From: a virus
Taxonomy: Duplodnaviria > Heunggongvirae > Uroviricota > Caudoviricetes
Length of the DNA: 42,963 nt
Reading direction: 5' to 3' (one strand)
Virus record (IMG/VR): IMGVR_UViG_2698536570_000009
Span: 1 to 42,963 of that record
Under the pieces are notes generated by a model. The model saw only the letters and a list, made by a program, of their open reading frames with translations, had not been told where the DNA came from and did no database searches. Of the stretch, positions 23,366 to 33,709 are shown piece by piece; position 1 is the stretch's first letter; the number at the start of each line of letters is the position of its first letter. The position numbers and the translations under genes were made by a program.

Positions 23366-25430
23366 GCGTCTTGAATTAAGCGTCCGCAAAGGCTGGACAC
23401 CCCCGCCGCGTATCAGTGTGCCGCAGTGGGCAGATGACTATCGTAAGCTGGCAAAAGAGGCTGGGAGCACTTCGGGAAACTGGGAAACATCGACGGTAGA
23501 AATTGCCCGCGGACCGATGCTTGCCGCGACGGAGTCCGGGGTTCATATCATCACTGTAATGTGCTGTACCCAGTTGATGAAGACAGCACTGCTGGAAAAC
23601 CTTTTTGGCTATTTTGCCCACCTCGATCCTTGTCCGATACTGCTGCTGCAGCCGAAAGAAGAAGCCGCTGAACAGTTTTCGAAAGAGCGTATTAGCCCGC
23701 TGGTAAGGGTGACGCCGGTACTGCGTAAAATCATCGGTGATTCGAAACAGAAAAGCTCGAAAGAAACCATTCTTTACAAGGCATTCACTGGCGGATTTCT
23801 GGCGCTGGCGGGTGCTGGTAGCCCTGATAACCTTGCGCGTCGTCCGATTCGTGTCCTGCTGGCGGATGAAGTGGACAAGTACCCGATAACCCGCGAAGGC
23901 GATCCAATTGCGCTGGCCGAAGAGCGTACAGCGACATTTGGCCTGACCTGGCTGTCTGTACGCGCCTGTTCGCCGACGGTGGAGGATGAGAGCCGCATTG
24001 CTGACAGCTACGCCGACTCCGATCAGCGCCGGGCATCTGTGGTTTGCCCGCACTGTGGCCACCGCCAGTTCCCCGACTTTTTCAAACACGTTCAGTGGCC
24101 GAAAGAGGGAGATAAACACCTGACTAAATCGGCGATGCTCTATTGCGAATGCTGTGGTAGTGGCTGGTCCGAAGGACAGCGCCTCAGAGCTCTGCACACT
24201 ATTCGATGGCATCAGACGCGCCCATTTGAGTGCTGCGGGGAGCGGCACTCACCGCTGATGGATTATGACCTTGCCTGGCGGGCGGCAGACGAGGGCAGCG
24301 TTGAAAAGGTCTGGCAATGGTCAGAGTCGGAACGGCATGCGGTCTATCGCGCAATCTGCCCCTCCTGTGGAAAGGAGGCAGTCGATAACCACCACGCGGG
24401 GTACCAGGCATCCAAGCTTTTCAGCCCCTGGCAAAAAGATAAGCCGTCGGATATTGCGAAAAAATATATCGATGCGAAGGGCGATCCGGATAAGGAACAG
24501 GCGTGGTGGAATACCCAGATGGGGCTTCCGCACCGACCTAATCATGGGAAACAGCTCCCTGTTGATGTTCTGCTGGCGCGCCGGGAAATATTTCCGGCCG
24601 TCGTTCCGGACGGGGTGGCATTGTTAACAGCTGGAGTTGATACCCAGGACGATCGCTTCGAAATTACGATCACCGGCTGGGGGAGAGATGAAGAATCGTG
24701 GTCGGTCGCGCATGACGTTATTTATGGTGACCTTGAGACGGAAGAACCCTGGAAGCGACTGGATGCATACCTGAAACAGATCTGGCGACGTGGTGACGGG
24801 CGCGGCCTGAATATCATGGCAACGTGCATGGACTCCGGTGGCCACCATACGCAGAAGGTATACGAATTCGCCAAAGAGCGTCTTGGCCGTCGTGTCTGGG
24901 CAATTAAGGGGGAGTCTGCACAGGGAGGTAAACGCAATCCTGTCTGGCCGACCAAACGACCATCATCGAAAAGCAAAGCCAGTTTCCGCCCTGTCATTCT
25001 GGGGGTTAACTCAGCGAAAGACGTGATACGCGGTCGCCTGCATCTTGAGCCACCCAAACCTGGCGCCGCCGCTGCGGGTTATATGCATTTTCCTGACGAT
25101 CGCGATCTCGGGTACTTCAATCAGCTGCTGGCGGAGCGACTGGTTTACAAAGTCATTTCCGGGCAGCGGTACAGTATCTGGGAAGCAATACCAGGACGAG
25201 CTAACGAAGCGCTTGACTGCCTCGTTTACAGCTATGCCGCGCTGTGCGGTCTCAAACATATGGGGTTAAAACTCAACGTCCGGGCCGCCAACCTCGAAGC
25301 CGATCCGGATAAGTTCCTGCCAGCGCCAGTTGGACAGGAAGAAAAAATCAATTACGAGCTGCCGGGTGCGGTTATTGAAGAACCAGCGCCGGTCAAACGT
25401 AAGCGAATATCGCAACTCCTGCCGAAATAA
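23301..25430 (+). CDS. terminase large subunit (lambda GpA family)
   Basis: 709 aa; GpA-like blocks ('VPQWADDY', 'LTAGVDTQDDRFEITITGWG', 'NEALDCLVYSYAA'); Cys-rich zinc-finger region. Confidence 0.9.
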   Translation: MNMSTNTSQSSESQSLTRQKIERLELSVRKGWTPPPRISVPQWADDYRKLAKEAGSTSGNWETSTVEIARGPMLAATESGVHIITVMCCTQLMKTALLENLFGYFAHLDPCPILLLQPKEEAAEQFSKERISPLVRVTPVLRKIIGDSKQKSSKETILYKAFTGGFLALAGAGSPDNLARRPIRVLLADEVDKYPITREGDPIALAEERTATFGLTWLSVRACSPTVEDESRIADSYADSDQRRASVVCPHCGHRQFPDFFKHVQWPKEGDKHLTKSAMLYCECCGSGWSEGQRLRALHTIRWHQTRPFECCGERHSPLMDYDLAWRAADEGSVEKVWQWSESERHAVYRAICPSCGKEAVDNHHAGYQASKLFSPWQKDKPSDIAKKYIDAKGDPDKEQAWWNTQMGLPHRPNHGKQLPVDVLLARREIFPAVVPDGVALLTAGVDTQDDRFEITITGWGRDEESWSVAHDVIYGDLETEEPWKRLDAYLKQIWRRGDGRGLNIMATCMDSGGHHTQKVYEFAKERLGRRVWAIKGESAQGGKRNPVWPTKRPSSKSKASFRPVILGVNSAKDVIRGRLHLEPPKPGAAAAGYMHFPDDRDLGYFNQLLAERLVYKVISGQRYSIWEAIPGRANEALDCLVYSYAALCGLKHMGLKLNVRAANLEADPDKFLPAPVGQEEKINYELPGAVIEEPAPVKRKRISQLLPK

Positions 25431-25438
25431 GGAAAATC

Positions 25439-25702
25439 ATGTTCAACCGGAACACCAGCCTGCTTGCCGGCGCAATGACTGACGATCAGCTCAGGGATGC
25501 GCTTGCGAAAGCTCAGCAGGCGTACATTGATTTAGCAACCGGGAGCCACGGTGTTTCGTTTTCCTATACGCAGGGAGACGGGACGCGATCAGTGTCCTAT
25601 CAGCAAAGCACCCTGGCTGATCTGCTGGCCCTGATTCAACTTCTGCAGGCGCAACTGGGGATTATCTCTCGTCCCCGGAAACCAGCGAGGTTTAGATTCT
25701 GA
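25439..25702 (+). CDS. head-tail joining protein, lambda gpW-like
   Basis: 87 aa; pattern 'A..AL.DL.TG...Q.DG..V......DL...I..L..Q.G' parallels recalled lambda W; SD AAGGA. Confidence 0.6.
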   Translation: MFNRNTSLLAGAMTDDQLRDALAKAQQAYIDLATGSHGVSFSYTQGDGTRSVSYQQSTLADLLALIQLLQAQLGIISRPRKPARFRF

Positions 25703-27339
25703 TGAATAAAGTACAGATACTGGGCTCTGATGGGCAGCCGTTGCGACAGCAGCGTCCCTCTATGCTGGTGGGGGGGAGCCGCGTACCTTATGACGCAGCT
25801 GACTCTTTCAGCGATCAACTGGCGAACTGGCAACCCGCGCTGTGGTCCCCGGACAATGAAATTAACATTTACCGGGATCGCATCGTGTCCCGCGCACGCG
25901 ATCTGGTCCGTAATGACGGCTGGGCAAACGGTGCAGTCACACGTCTGCTGGATAATGCGGTTGGTGCCAACTTCCGCCCCATCATGAAACCCGATTACCG
26001 TGTTCTCAGAATGATCACCGGAAACAAGGCGTTTGATGCATCCTGGGCGGAAGAGTACGGAAAAGCACTGGACGGGCACTGGCGGACCTGGAGTAACGAT
26101 CCTGGCCGGTATTGTGATGTTGAACGAAAACTCACCGTGTCGCAGATGTTACGCCTGGGATTTCGTCATAAGCTTATTGACGGGGATGCTCTGGCCATTC
26201 TCCAGTACAGAACTGACAGGCTTGGTCCCGGAAGAGGGCGTTACGCCACCACGGTACAGATTGTCGATCCTGACCGCCTCAGTAATCCTCAGCAGAATTT
26301 CGATATGCCAAATGTCCGTGGTGGCGTTGAAATTGATGCGGACGGTGCGCCGGTTGCTTACCACATCAGGGAGGCCCATATCGGTGACTGGTGGAGCGGG
26401 GCTAAAACCATGACGTGGCAGCGTATCCCGCGTGAAACTGACTGGGGCCGCCCGCATGTGGTTCACGATTTTGATCATGAGCGTGGCGCGCAGCACCGCG
26501 GTAACGGCATCCTGACTCCGGTTATTCAGCGTCTGAAAATGCTGGTGAAGTATGACCAGAGTGAGCTTGAGGCAGCAATTCTTAATGCCATATTCGCCGC
26601 TTACATTGAGTCACCCTATGACCCTGCGATGGTTCAGTCTGCCCTGGGCGAGACCTATGACGAGTCGGAGTTAGGCACTTATCAGGACGGGCGTGTTGAG
26701 TTCCATAACGATCGGCGTCTGACACTTCAGAATGGTGCCCGAATGCCCATTCTTTATCCTGGTGAGAAAATCACGACGGTTAACGCGGCGCGGCCCTACA
26801 GCAATTTTGAAGTCTTCGAATCTGCTGTTCTCCGTAATTTTTCTTCAGGAACAGGGTTGTCCCCACAGCAGGTCACCCAGGACTGGTCTGACGTTAATTA
26901 CAGTTCTGCACGCTCCTCGTTGCTGGAGGCATGGAAAACACTGACTCGCCGCCGGGACGATTTTTCTACCGGCTTCGCTCAGCCCATTCTCACCGCCTTT
27001 GTTGAAGAAGTTCACGACAATGAGGATTTACCCCTGCCCGCAGGCGCACCTGATTTTGTTGACGCCAGAGCCGCGTATTCTCGCGCGCGCTGGATGGGGC
27101 CAGGGCGCGGCTGGGTGGATCCGGTTGCAGAGAAAAAAGGCGCCATTCTTGGTCTGGATGCCGGACTTTCCACCCTCGAGATTGAGGTGGGTGAAAACGT
27201 CGGTGAAGACTGGGAAGAAGTGCTTGATCAGCGCCAGAGAGAAATTGAGTCATGTCTTAAACGCGGATTACCGCTTCCGAGCTGGGCACAGGCTGACCAG
27301 TTTGCGAGCCAGACCATTACCGATCCGGAGGAAAAGTGA
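25702..27339 (+). CDS. portal protein (lambda gpB family)
   Basis: 545 aa; position W-portal-protease identical to lambda W-B-C; ATG overlaps the W stop. Confidence 0.85.
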   Translation: MNKVQILGSDGQPLRQQRPSMLVGGSRVPYDAADSFSDQLANWQPALWSPDNEINIYRDRIVSRARDLVRNDGWANGAVTRLLDNAVGANFRPIMKPDYRVLRMITGNKAFDASWAEEYGKALDGHWRTWSNDPGRYCDVERKLTVSQMLRLGFRHKLIDGDALAILQYRTDRLGPGRGRYATTVQIVDPDRLSNPQQNFDMPNVRGGVEIDADGAPVAYHIREAHIGDWWSGAKTMTWQRIPRETDWGRPHVVHDFDHERGAQHRGNGILTPVIQRLKMLVKYDQSELEAAILNAIFAAYIESPYDPAMVQSALGETYDESELGTYQDGRVEFHNDRRLTLQNGARMPILYPGEKITTVNAARPYSNFEVFESAVLRNFSSGTGLSPQQVTQDWSDVNYSSARSSLLEAWKTLTRRRDDFSTGFAQPILTAFVEEVHDNEDLPLPAGAPDFVDARAAYSRARWMGPGRGWVDPVAEKKGAILGLDAGLSTLEIEVGENVGEDWEEVLDQRQREIESCLKRGLPLPSWAQADQFASQTITDPEEK

Positions 27340-28202
27340 ATCTACCCCATCTGGCCCAGCGATTATTTAACACCCCGCTGGCGCTGCACCCGAGTAAAGC
27401 CGAAGTCATCATGGCATCCGTAATGGACCGATTTGGTATCAGTAAAATCGAATCTTCTCTTGCCATGGAGGATGACTGGTACGGATATGACGATAACCGG
27501 GGACGTGAATCCCGTAGTGATCCGGGTTATGACAATGTGCTGGGTGTCGCCGTCATCCCGATATGCGGAACGCTGGTGCAAAAACTGGGCAGTCTGCGTC
27601 CGTACAGTGGAATGACAGGGTATGACGGCATTCGTCAGGCGTTTCTTACTGCGATGGAAGATCCCGACATTTCGGGCATTTGCCTGGATATCGACTCACC
27701 TGGCGGCGAGGTCGCTGGATGCTTCGATCTGGTTGATGTCATTTACGGCTCCCGGGGGAAAAAGCCTATCCATGCCATTCTGACGGAAAGCGCTTATTCC
27801 GCTGCGTATGCCATTGCCAGTGCAGCGGACCGGATTTCTGTTCCGCGCACCGGCGGAGTGGGTTCTGTGGGTGTGATCACCATGCACCTTGACTGGACGC
27901 AGCGGATTAAAGATGACGGTCTTAAAGTTACGATCATCACCTATGGATCCCGCAAGGCTGAAGGTTCGCCGCTGAGAGAGTTGTCAGATGAAGCGCTGGC
28001 CGCCATCCAGCAGGACATTAACACCATGGGCGAATTGTTTGTGAACACTGTTGCCAGAAACCGGGGGATTAGCGCAAAGGTTATAAAAAGTACCCAGGCC
28101 GCCTGTTTTATGGCTGCTGATGGCGTTGAAATTGGACTGGCTGATGAGGTGTGTCCTCCTGATGCTGCGTTCAAAAACTTACTTGAAAAAACAGGAGCCT
28201 GA
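27336..28202 (+). CDS. head maturation protease (S49/ClpP-like, lambda gpC-type)
   Basis: GTG start with SD GGAGGA overlapping the portal stop; S49-like blocks ('CLDIDSPGGEVAGCFDL', 'TESAYSAAYAIASAADRI'). Confidence 0.8.
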   Translation: MNLPHLAQRLFNTPLALHPSKAEVIMASVMDRFGISKIESSLAMEDDWYGYDDNRGRESRSDPGYDNVLGVAVIPICGTLVQKLGSLRPYSGMTGYDGIRQAFLTAMEDPDISGICLDIDSPGGEVAGCFDLVDVIYGSRGKKPIHAILTESAYSAAYAIASAADRISVPRTGGVGSVGVITMHLDWTQRIKDDGLKVTIITYGSRKAEGSPLRELSDEALAAIQQDINTMGELFVNTVARNRGISAKVIKSTQAACFMAADGVEIGLADEVCPPDAAFKNLLEKTGA

Positions 28203-28203
28203 A

Positions 28204-28794
28204 ATGGCAAAGAAAAAGACGTTTAGTTTTGCTCACCTCATTGGTCTTGGCCCTTCCGCTTCTGAGGAAGAAGAGGATAAAAAAGCCAAAAAAGCGAAAG
28301 CCCGTCGCGCGGAAGAGGACGAGCGCGAAGATGATGCCGATGATGATGAGCGCGACGACGACGCGGAAGAAGACGAACGCGACGATGATGCTGAAGATGA
28401 CGGCGATGATCCGGATGCGTCAGAAGATGATGATTCTGAAGACGACGGCGACGACGATCGCAAAGAGAGTAAGGCGGTAAAAAATGCACGCGCTGCTGAG
28501 CGTAAACGCTGCGCCCGTATTTTCGGCAGTAAGCATGCAGCTGCGAATCCTTCACTGGCCGCGTCACTGGCTTTCAATACCGGGATGAGTTCTGCGGCAG
28601 CAATTAATGTCCTAGCCTCTTCGGCTCCGGCCGCAGCCGCATCTCAGCCATCCCGTAAACGCTCTCTCGATCAGCGTATGCAGGAAAGCCACCAGGTCCG
28701 GCTTAATCCGGATAGCGGACAGAAAGAGACCGGAAAGTCTGCGCTGGTAAGTAAAATGACCGGCCTCTACAACTCCACAAGAGGAGAGAAATAA
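28204..28794 (+). CDS. scaffolding protein with highly acidic D/E repeat region
   Basis: ATG 1 nt after the protease stop; about 70-aa run of 'DDDERDDDAEEDERDDDAEDDGDD'; position matches lambda Nu3. Confidence 0.6.
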   Translation: MAKKKTFSFAHLIGLGPSASEEEEDKKAKKAKARRAEEDEREDDADDDERDDDAEEDERDDDAEDDGDDPDASEDDDSEDDGDDDRKESKAVKNARAAERKRCARIFGSKHAAANPSLAASLAFNTGMSSAAAINVLASSAPAAAASQPSRKRSLDQRMQESHQVRLNPDSGQKETGKSALVSKMTGLYNSTRGEK

Positions 28795-29198
28795 TGGATC
28801 AGTTTGGTCAGAATGCGTTTGCGCCTGGCATGAAGAGCGCGCTGTTTGTTCCGGATCAGCTTGTCGCTGGCACGCTCCAGCTGGTGACTGACACCGGGAT
28901 CATTACGGGCGGTGCCTTTAAGCGTGGTACTGTCCTGGGCCTGGTGGCTGCCAGCGGGAAATACACGCAATGTGTGAAAACGGCTGAAGATGGCAGTCAG
29001 TTACCCGTTGCTATTCTGGTTGATGATGTTGATGCATCGTCTTCCGATCAGAACGGCGGCCTGTATCTGATGGGGGAATTCAACCAGCACCGAATTATTT
29101 TTGATAACTCCTGGACGACCGCTGACCTGAAAAAAGCGCTCCGACCGCTGGCTATCTTCCTGAAAGACAGTGACCAGGCACCTGTAACCACCTCCTGA
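28794..29198 (+). CDS. head decoration protein (gpD-like), tentative
   Basis: 134 aa, Gly/Thr-rich, between scaffold and major capsid as in lambda; similarity to gpD not verified at motif level. Confidence 0.5.
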   Translation: MDQFGQNAFAPGMKSALFVPDQLVAGTLQLVTDTGIITGGAFKRGTVLGLVAASGKYTQCVKTAEDGSQLPVAILVDDVDASSSDQNGGLYLMGEFNQHRIIFDNSWTTADLKKALRPLAIFLKDSDQAPVTTS

Positions 29199-29295
29199 TT
29201 TCCCCCACGGCTCTCCTGACGAATGCTTTAACCGGCAGGGGCTGGCTCGTTTAAATTTTTTGCCAGCTGCGGCTGGCACTATCAAGAGACTGAAT

Positions 29296-30345
29296 ATGGA
29301 AAATATTTTTGATACCAGCGTGCTGGTGCAGGTTGTTCCTAACCTGAAAACCAGTCAGAACTGGCTGCTCGATCGCTTCTTCCCGAATGTCGTGACTTAC
29401 GAGACTGAAGAAGTGGCGATTGATGTTGATGTCGGCCTGCGTCGTATGGCGCCGTTCGTCTCCCCGCTGGTGGAAGGTAAGCTGGTCGAGTCCCGTAAAT
29501 ACCAGACCAATACGTTCAAACCGGCATACATCAAAGATAAGCGCGCGCCGGACCTGCGCAAACCTATCCGCCGCCAGATTGGTGAGCGTATTGGCGGGGA
29601 ATATACCGCTGCCGAGCGCGAAATGCTGAACCTTCAGTTTGAAATGACTGACCAGATTGACATGATCAACCGTCGTCTGGAATGGATGGCGGCGAGTGCG
29701 CTGGTGTCCGGTACCGTCACGGTTGCCGGGGAAGGCTATGAAACCAAAGTGGTGGATTTCGGGCGCTCTCCGGATCTGACTATTACCCTGAGTGGTTCCG
29801 ATAAGTGGCCGCTGACGGTTGCCGCTGGTGCCACCAATACCCAGCCCTCTGATGATATTGAAATCTGGCAGACACTTTTCCTGAAAGAATCCGGTTCCGT
29901 CGCAACGGATCTGGTGTTCACAAGCAAATCATGGCGGGCGTTCCGACTAGATACCACCATCAAAGATAACGCCATCACGTTCCCGGCGCTGAGCCCGTTT
30001 GGCAACCAGATCAACGCTGGCCCACAGGCGATGAAGGGCGCTATCTATAAAGGACGCTGGGGTAACTTTGACCTCTGGTTATATAACGACTGGTTTATTG
30101 ACCCACTTGATAATGTTGAGAAGCCGATGATCCCCGACGGGGCCGTTATTATGTCTGGCGCTGATCTGATGGGTACCCGCGCTTTTGGCGTTATCCTGGA
30201 CCCGGCATTTAACTACGGTCCCCTGGCCTATGCGCCAAAATCCTGGGTGAAAGAAGATCCGGCCCAGCGTCTTATCCTGATGCAATCCTCTCCGCTGGTT
30301 ATTCCGAGCCGGGTAAACGCATCCCTCTGTGCGACGGTGGTCTGA
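29296..30345 (+). CDS. major capsid protein (lambda gpE family)
   Basis: Blocks shared with recalled lambda E ('MAPFVSPLVEGKL' vs 'MALYVSPIVSGEV', 'DDIE', 'MQSSPLVIP' vs 'MIQSAPLML'); start at ATG 29296 (MENIFD). Confidence 0.85.
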   Translation: MENIFDTSVLVQVVPNLKTSQNWLLDRFFPNVVTYETEEVAIDVDVGLRRMAPFVSPLVEGKLVESRKYQTNTFKPAYIKDKRAPDLRKPIRRQIGERIGGEYTAAEREMLNLQFEMTDQIDMINRRLEWMAASALVSGTVTVAGEGYETKVVDFGRSPDLTITLSGSDKWPLTVAAGATNTQPSDDIEIWQTLFLKESGSVATDLVFTSKSWRAFRLDTTIKDNAITFPALSPFGNQINAGPQAMKGAIYKGRWGNFDLWLYNDWFIDPLDNVEKPMIPDGAVIMSGADLMGTRAFGVILDPAFNYGPLAYAPKSWVKEDPAQRLILMQSSPLVIPSRVNASLCATVV

Positions 30346-30346
30346 T

Positions 30347-30727
30347 ATGGCTAAAACAACCAAAACTGTACTGGGCGATGATCTGAATGCGGAAGGATCT
30401 GCCAAAGACGGCCTGAGCGTTGACGACCTGAATGCTGGCGATAACACCCAGGAAAAACAGCCTTTGAGCAAAACAGATGATGCCGAATTGTCTGTTGATG
30501 ACGATGGTGGTGACGAAAAATCCGGAGACACTGAATCGCAGGAGTATGTGGTGTTGAAAGGGAATTGCATTCGTCATGACGGGGAGATGTACCGCGAAAA
30601 TATGCGCATCCCTGTAACCGGCAAAGATGCTGAGCGTCTTCTGCAGTCCGGCGTTATTGCTGATGTTGATGTGCTTCGTAAGCGAGTTCTTGCTTCTCAG
30701 CCATCAGTTTCAGTTACGACAGGGTAA
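30347..30727 (+). CDS. FI-like DNA-packaging / head accessory protein, tentative
   Basis: 126 aa, acidic middle region; lambda FI position directly after the capsid gene. Confidence 0.45.
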   Translation: MAKTTKTVLGDDLNAEGSAKDGLSVDDLNAGDNTQEKQPLSKTDDAELSVDDDGGDEKSGDTESQEYVVLKGNCIRHDGEMYRENMRIPVTGKDAERLLQSGVIADVDVLRKRVLASQPSVSVTTG

Positions 30728-30731
30728 TGAC

Positions 30732-31091
30732 ATGGGCGTGGACTGGGATTCTCATCTTCTGAGTCCGCTGCATGATGTCTTTGGCGATGAGCACGAGTAC
30801 CGTCCACGTAACGGTACTCCTTTTACAATTAACGGGATTTTTGACCGTGGTTATGCGCAGGTTGCTGAAAACCTTGATGGCGATTCAGAAATTAACACCT
30901 CCAGCCCGATGTTGGGTGTGCGCGATGCTGAATTTCGCAAGCTGGGTAAATCGCAACCTGCTGTATCTGACCGGGTATTTATAAAGACGGTCGGTGGTCA
31001 CATCATCAATCAGTTATTTGTTGTGTCAAACGTCGAACCCGACAGTCATGGCGGATCTCGTCTTGTCCTCAATGTGGTAAAACCGCGATGA
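30732..31091 (+). CDS. FII-like head-tail connector protein
   Basis: 119 aa; C-terminal 'SHGGSRLVLNVVKPR' parallels recalled lambda FII 'GGSCHLWLGRGVPPA...'; ATG follows the FI stop. Confidence 0.55.
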   Translation: MGVDWDSHLLSPLHDVFGDEHEYRPRNGTPFTINGIFDRGYAQVAENLDGDSEINTSSPMLGVRDAEFRKLGKSQPAVSDRVFIKTVGGHIINQLFVVSNVEPDSHGGSRLVLNVVKPR

Positions 31092-31633
31092 ATTCAGCAG
31101 CGATACGGCAAATGGTTGTCACTGCACTAACCGGGACAACCAGCGCGGGCGACCGCGTATTCTCTCCACGCGACTGGTCAACTTCACCAGATATGTATCC
31201 TGTGTTGTTGGTTCAGACGCCTTTTGAACAGAAAAAATCACAGGGGCGTAATACCCCTGCTTTTACCACCCTCACCACTGTCAGGATCACTGGGCGCGTT
31301 CAGGAGTATGACGGCGATACAGTAGATGATGGAGCCATGCGGGCAGAGCTGGCGCTTGAAAGCCTTCGCGAGCAGGTGGAGCGCGCGGTGATCAACAGCT
31401 ACGAACTGACGCGGAATATTCAGAAATACGCGGAAGTTCGTTCAACCATCAATGTTGATTCAGAAGGAGAGGCCCATATGGGGCAGCTTCTTTTCGAGAT
31501 CGACATAGAGCATTACCAGGGGCCGGAAGATTTTTATCCTGTCCAGTCGGTTCCCCTTGAGGGCATGGATATTGCGGTCGACATGCCAGACGGCACAGTT
31601 AAACCGGGTATCAGCCTCAATCTTCAGGAGTAA
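31088..31633 (+). CDS. head-tail adaptor / tail completion protein (lambda Z-like or Mu gp37-like)
   Basis: 181 aa; ATGA-coupled; last gene before the Mu-type tail block. Confidence 0.5.
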   Translation: MNSAAIRQMVVTALTGTTSAGDRVFSPRDWSTSPDMYPVLLVQTPFEQKKSQGRNTPAFTTLTTVRITGRVQEYDGDTVDDGAMRAELALESLREQVERAVINSYELTRNIQKYAEVRSTINVDSEGEAHMGQLLFEIDIEHYQGPEDFYPVQSVPLEGMDIAVDMPDGTVKPGISLNLQE

Positions 31634-31636
31634 TCC

Positions 31637-31834
31637 ATGTTTGTTAAGCCGAACAACGGGCTCAGCGTTCGCTGCCCCGTCAAGGGCATCCCATTGCCTA
31701 AAGAGGGTGCTGAAGTACCTGACAATATTTTCTGGCGTCGCCGTCTGAGCGATGGGGACGTGATCCTCTCTAAAAAGGATGAGGGCGCGCCAGAGAAACA
31801 ATCATTACCTAAAAAAGCGGGAGAAAATGAATGA
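31637..31834 (+). CDS. small hypothetical tail-module protein (65 aa)
   Basis: Between adaptor and sheath; Mu carries a small gene at this position. Confidence 0.4.
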   Translation: MFVKPNNGLSVRCPVKGIPLPKEGAEVPDNIFWRRRLSDGDVILSKKDEGAPEKQSLPKKAGENE

Positions 31835-33333
31835 CCGTACCTTTCGCTCGTGTTCCCGATAACCTGCGGGTAGGGCTTTTCTTCGTTGAGTTTGATAACT
31901 CAATGGCGAATAACGCCACTGCCACGCAGCGCACCCTGCTTATCGGTGGGATGCTCAGTACCGGCTCAACCCTCCCTGGTATTCCGCAGCGAGTTTCCTC
32001 TTCGGATACCGTCGGTGAGCTGACAGGAAAAGGGGGAATTCTGCAGGCCATGATGGCGGCGTATCAGAAAAATGATACCGCAGCCGAAGTCTGGATCCTG
32101 CCGCTGGAGGAAGACTCCGATTCCATGGTGGCTGCAACCGGCACCATTAAAGTGAGCAGCGCACCGACGGCAACCGGAGTGATCTCCCTTTATATTGCTG
32201 GTGAGCGCATTCAGTTGACCGTTGTAGCAACAGATACGGTGGCAGCGATCGCCACCTCTCTGGCCGCGGCGATTAACGCAAAAACCACGCTACCTGTAAC
32301 CGCCAGTGCTACTACGGATACCGTAACCCTGACCGCGAAGAATCTTGGTGCTACGGGTAATGGGATCGACATTCGCCTGAACTTCCTCGGCTTACCTGGA
32401 GGCGAGTCCACACCTGCAGGCCTGGAACTGACGATTACTGCTATGTCTAACGGAGTCGGGGCTCCGGATATTACCGGCGCGCTGGCAAACCTGCAGGATC
32501 GGACATTCGATTTCATCATCAACCCTTACGACGATACAACCTCGTTGAATGTGATGAAGGAGTTCCTGTCAGACACTGGCGGTCGCTGGGCATGGGACAA
32601 GCAGCTTTATGGCCATTCCTTTGGTACCACCACCGGGACTTACGCCCAGCTCGGTACCAAAGGTGAGCTGCGCAATAACCAGCATGAGACCCTGCTGGGC
32701 GTAAATAAATCGCCGTCCCCTTCCTGGGCATGGTCTGCAGCTTACACCGGCGCAGCTGCGGTGAGTCTGCGTAATGACCCCGGCCGCCCGCTACAGTCGC
32801 TCGCTGTTCAGGGGGTGCTTGCGCCAGAACTGCAGGATCGCTTTGAGCTGACCGAGCGTAACAATCTGCTGTACAGCGGCATTTCGACATTTACGGTCGA
32901 TGACGATGGCACGGTGCGCATTGAAAACCTGATCACCACCTACCAGAAAAACAGCTATGGCGATGCAGATGACAGTTATCTGGAAGTGGAGACGCTGTTC
33001 AGCCTGATGTTTGTGACCCGCTACCTGCGCACAGCGGTGACCAGCAAGTTTGGCCGTATGAAGCTTGCTGCGGATGGAACCCGATTTGCACCTGGCGCGG
33101 CGATCGTCACGCCAAACATTATCAAGGCCGATCAGATTGCCGAGTACCAGACTCTGGTATGGAACGGTTATGCGCAGGATGCGGAGGCATTCGCAAAAAA
33201 TATCATCGTCGAGCAGAACGCCAAAAATCCGAACCGCGTCGATGTGCTGTGGCCGGGAACCCTCATGAACCAGTTGCGCATTTTCGCGCTGCTCAATCAG
33301 TTCCGCACTCGGGCTGAATCAACAGGAGCTTAA
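31831..33333 (+). CDS. contractile tail sheath protein (Mu gpL-like)
   Basis: 500 aa; followed by tube, chaperone and tape-measure genes in Mu order; Thr/Ala-rich central region. Confidence 0.8.
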   Translation: MTVPFARVPDNLRVGLFFVEFDNSMANNATATQRTLLIGGMLSTGSTLPGIPQRVSSSDTVGELTGKGGILQAMMAAYQKNDTAAEVWILPLEEDSDSMVAATGTIKVSSAPTATGVISLYIAGERIQLTVVATDTVAAIATSLAAAINAKTTLPVTASATTDTVTLTAKNLGATGNGIDIRLNFLGLPGGESTPAGLELTITAMSNGVGAPDITGALANLQDRTFDFIINPYDDTTSLNVMKEFLSDTGGRWAWDKQLYGHSFGTTTGTYAQLGTKGELRNNQHETLLGVNKSPSPSWAWSAAYTGAAAVSLRNDPGRPLQSLAVQGVLAPELQDRFELTERNNLLYSGISTFTVDDDGTVRIENLITTYQKNSYGDADDSYLEVETLFSLMFVTRYLRTAVTSKFGRMKLAADGTRFAPGAAIVTPNIIKADQIAEYQTLVWNGYAQDAEAFAKNIIVEQNAKNPNRVDVLWPGTLMNQLRIFALLNQFRTRAESTGA

Positions 33334-33336
33334 ACG

Positions 33337-33708
33337 ATGGCAGGTGATACTACTAACCGCCTGGCGGGAACCGCCTATGTCACTGTTAACGGTGTGACGG
33401 TAATGGTGGAGGGCTCGTTTAAATACCAGGCTGCCACCGTAAACCGTACCACCCTGACAGGGATGGATGGTGTGCACGGATATAAGGAAAAACCTGTGGC
33501 GCCATACATTTCTGCCCGACTGCGTGACAGTGGCGGAACGAATGTGCAGGGCTTTAACCAGCAGACGAACGTCAACGTGATCGCCGAGCTGGCTAACGGG
33601 AAAACTATCATTGGCCGTTCACTCTGGACGGTCAACGTCCAGGAAGTGGAAAGCGAAGATGCAGTATTTGATGTTCGCTGGGAAGGCCGCGACGTAACGG
33701 AGAACTAA
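33337..33708 (+). CDS. tail tube protein (Mu gpM-like)
   Basis: 123 aa immediately after sheath. Confidence 0.7.
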   Translation: MAGDTTNRLAGTAYVTVNGVTVMVEGSFKYQAATVNRTTLTGMDGVHGYKEKPVAPYISARLRDSGGTNVQGFNQQTNVNVIAELANGKTIIGRSLWTVNVQEVESEDAVFDVRWEGRDVTEN

Positions 33709-33709
33709 G

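Noticed and set aside
23376-24248. 290-aa minus-strand ORF
   Set aside because: Entirely antisense to the well-supported terminase large subunit; Arg-rich low-complexity translation.
25636-26079. 147-aa minus-strand ORF
   Set aside because: Antisense to the portal gene; no SD; composition atypical.
28233-28577. Minus-strand ORFs of 109-114 aa (Ser/Arg/His-rich)
   Set aside because: Antisense artefacts of the GAT/GAA-rich acidic repeat in the scaffold gene.
30079-30570. 163-aa minus-strand ORF
   Set aside because: Antisense to the major capsid and FI-like genes.
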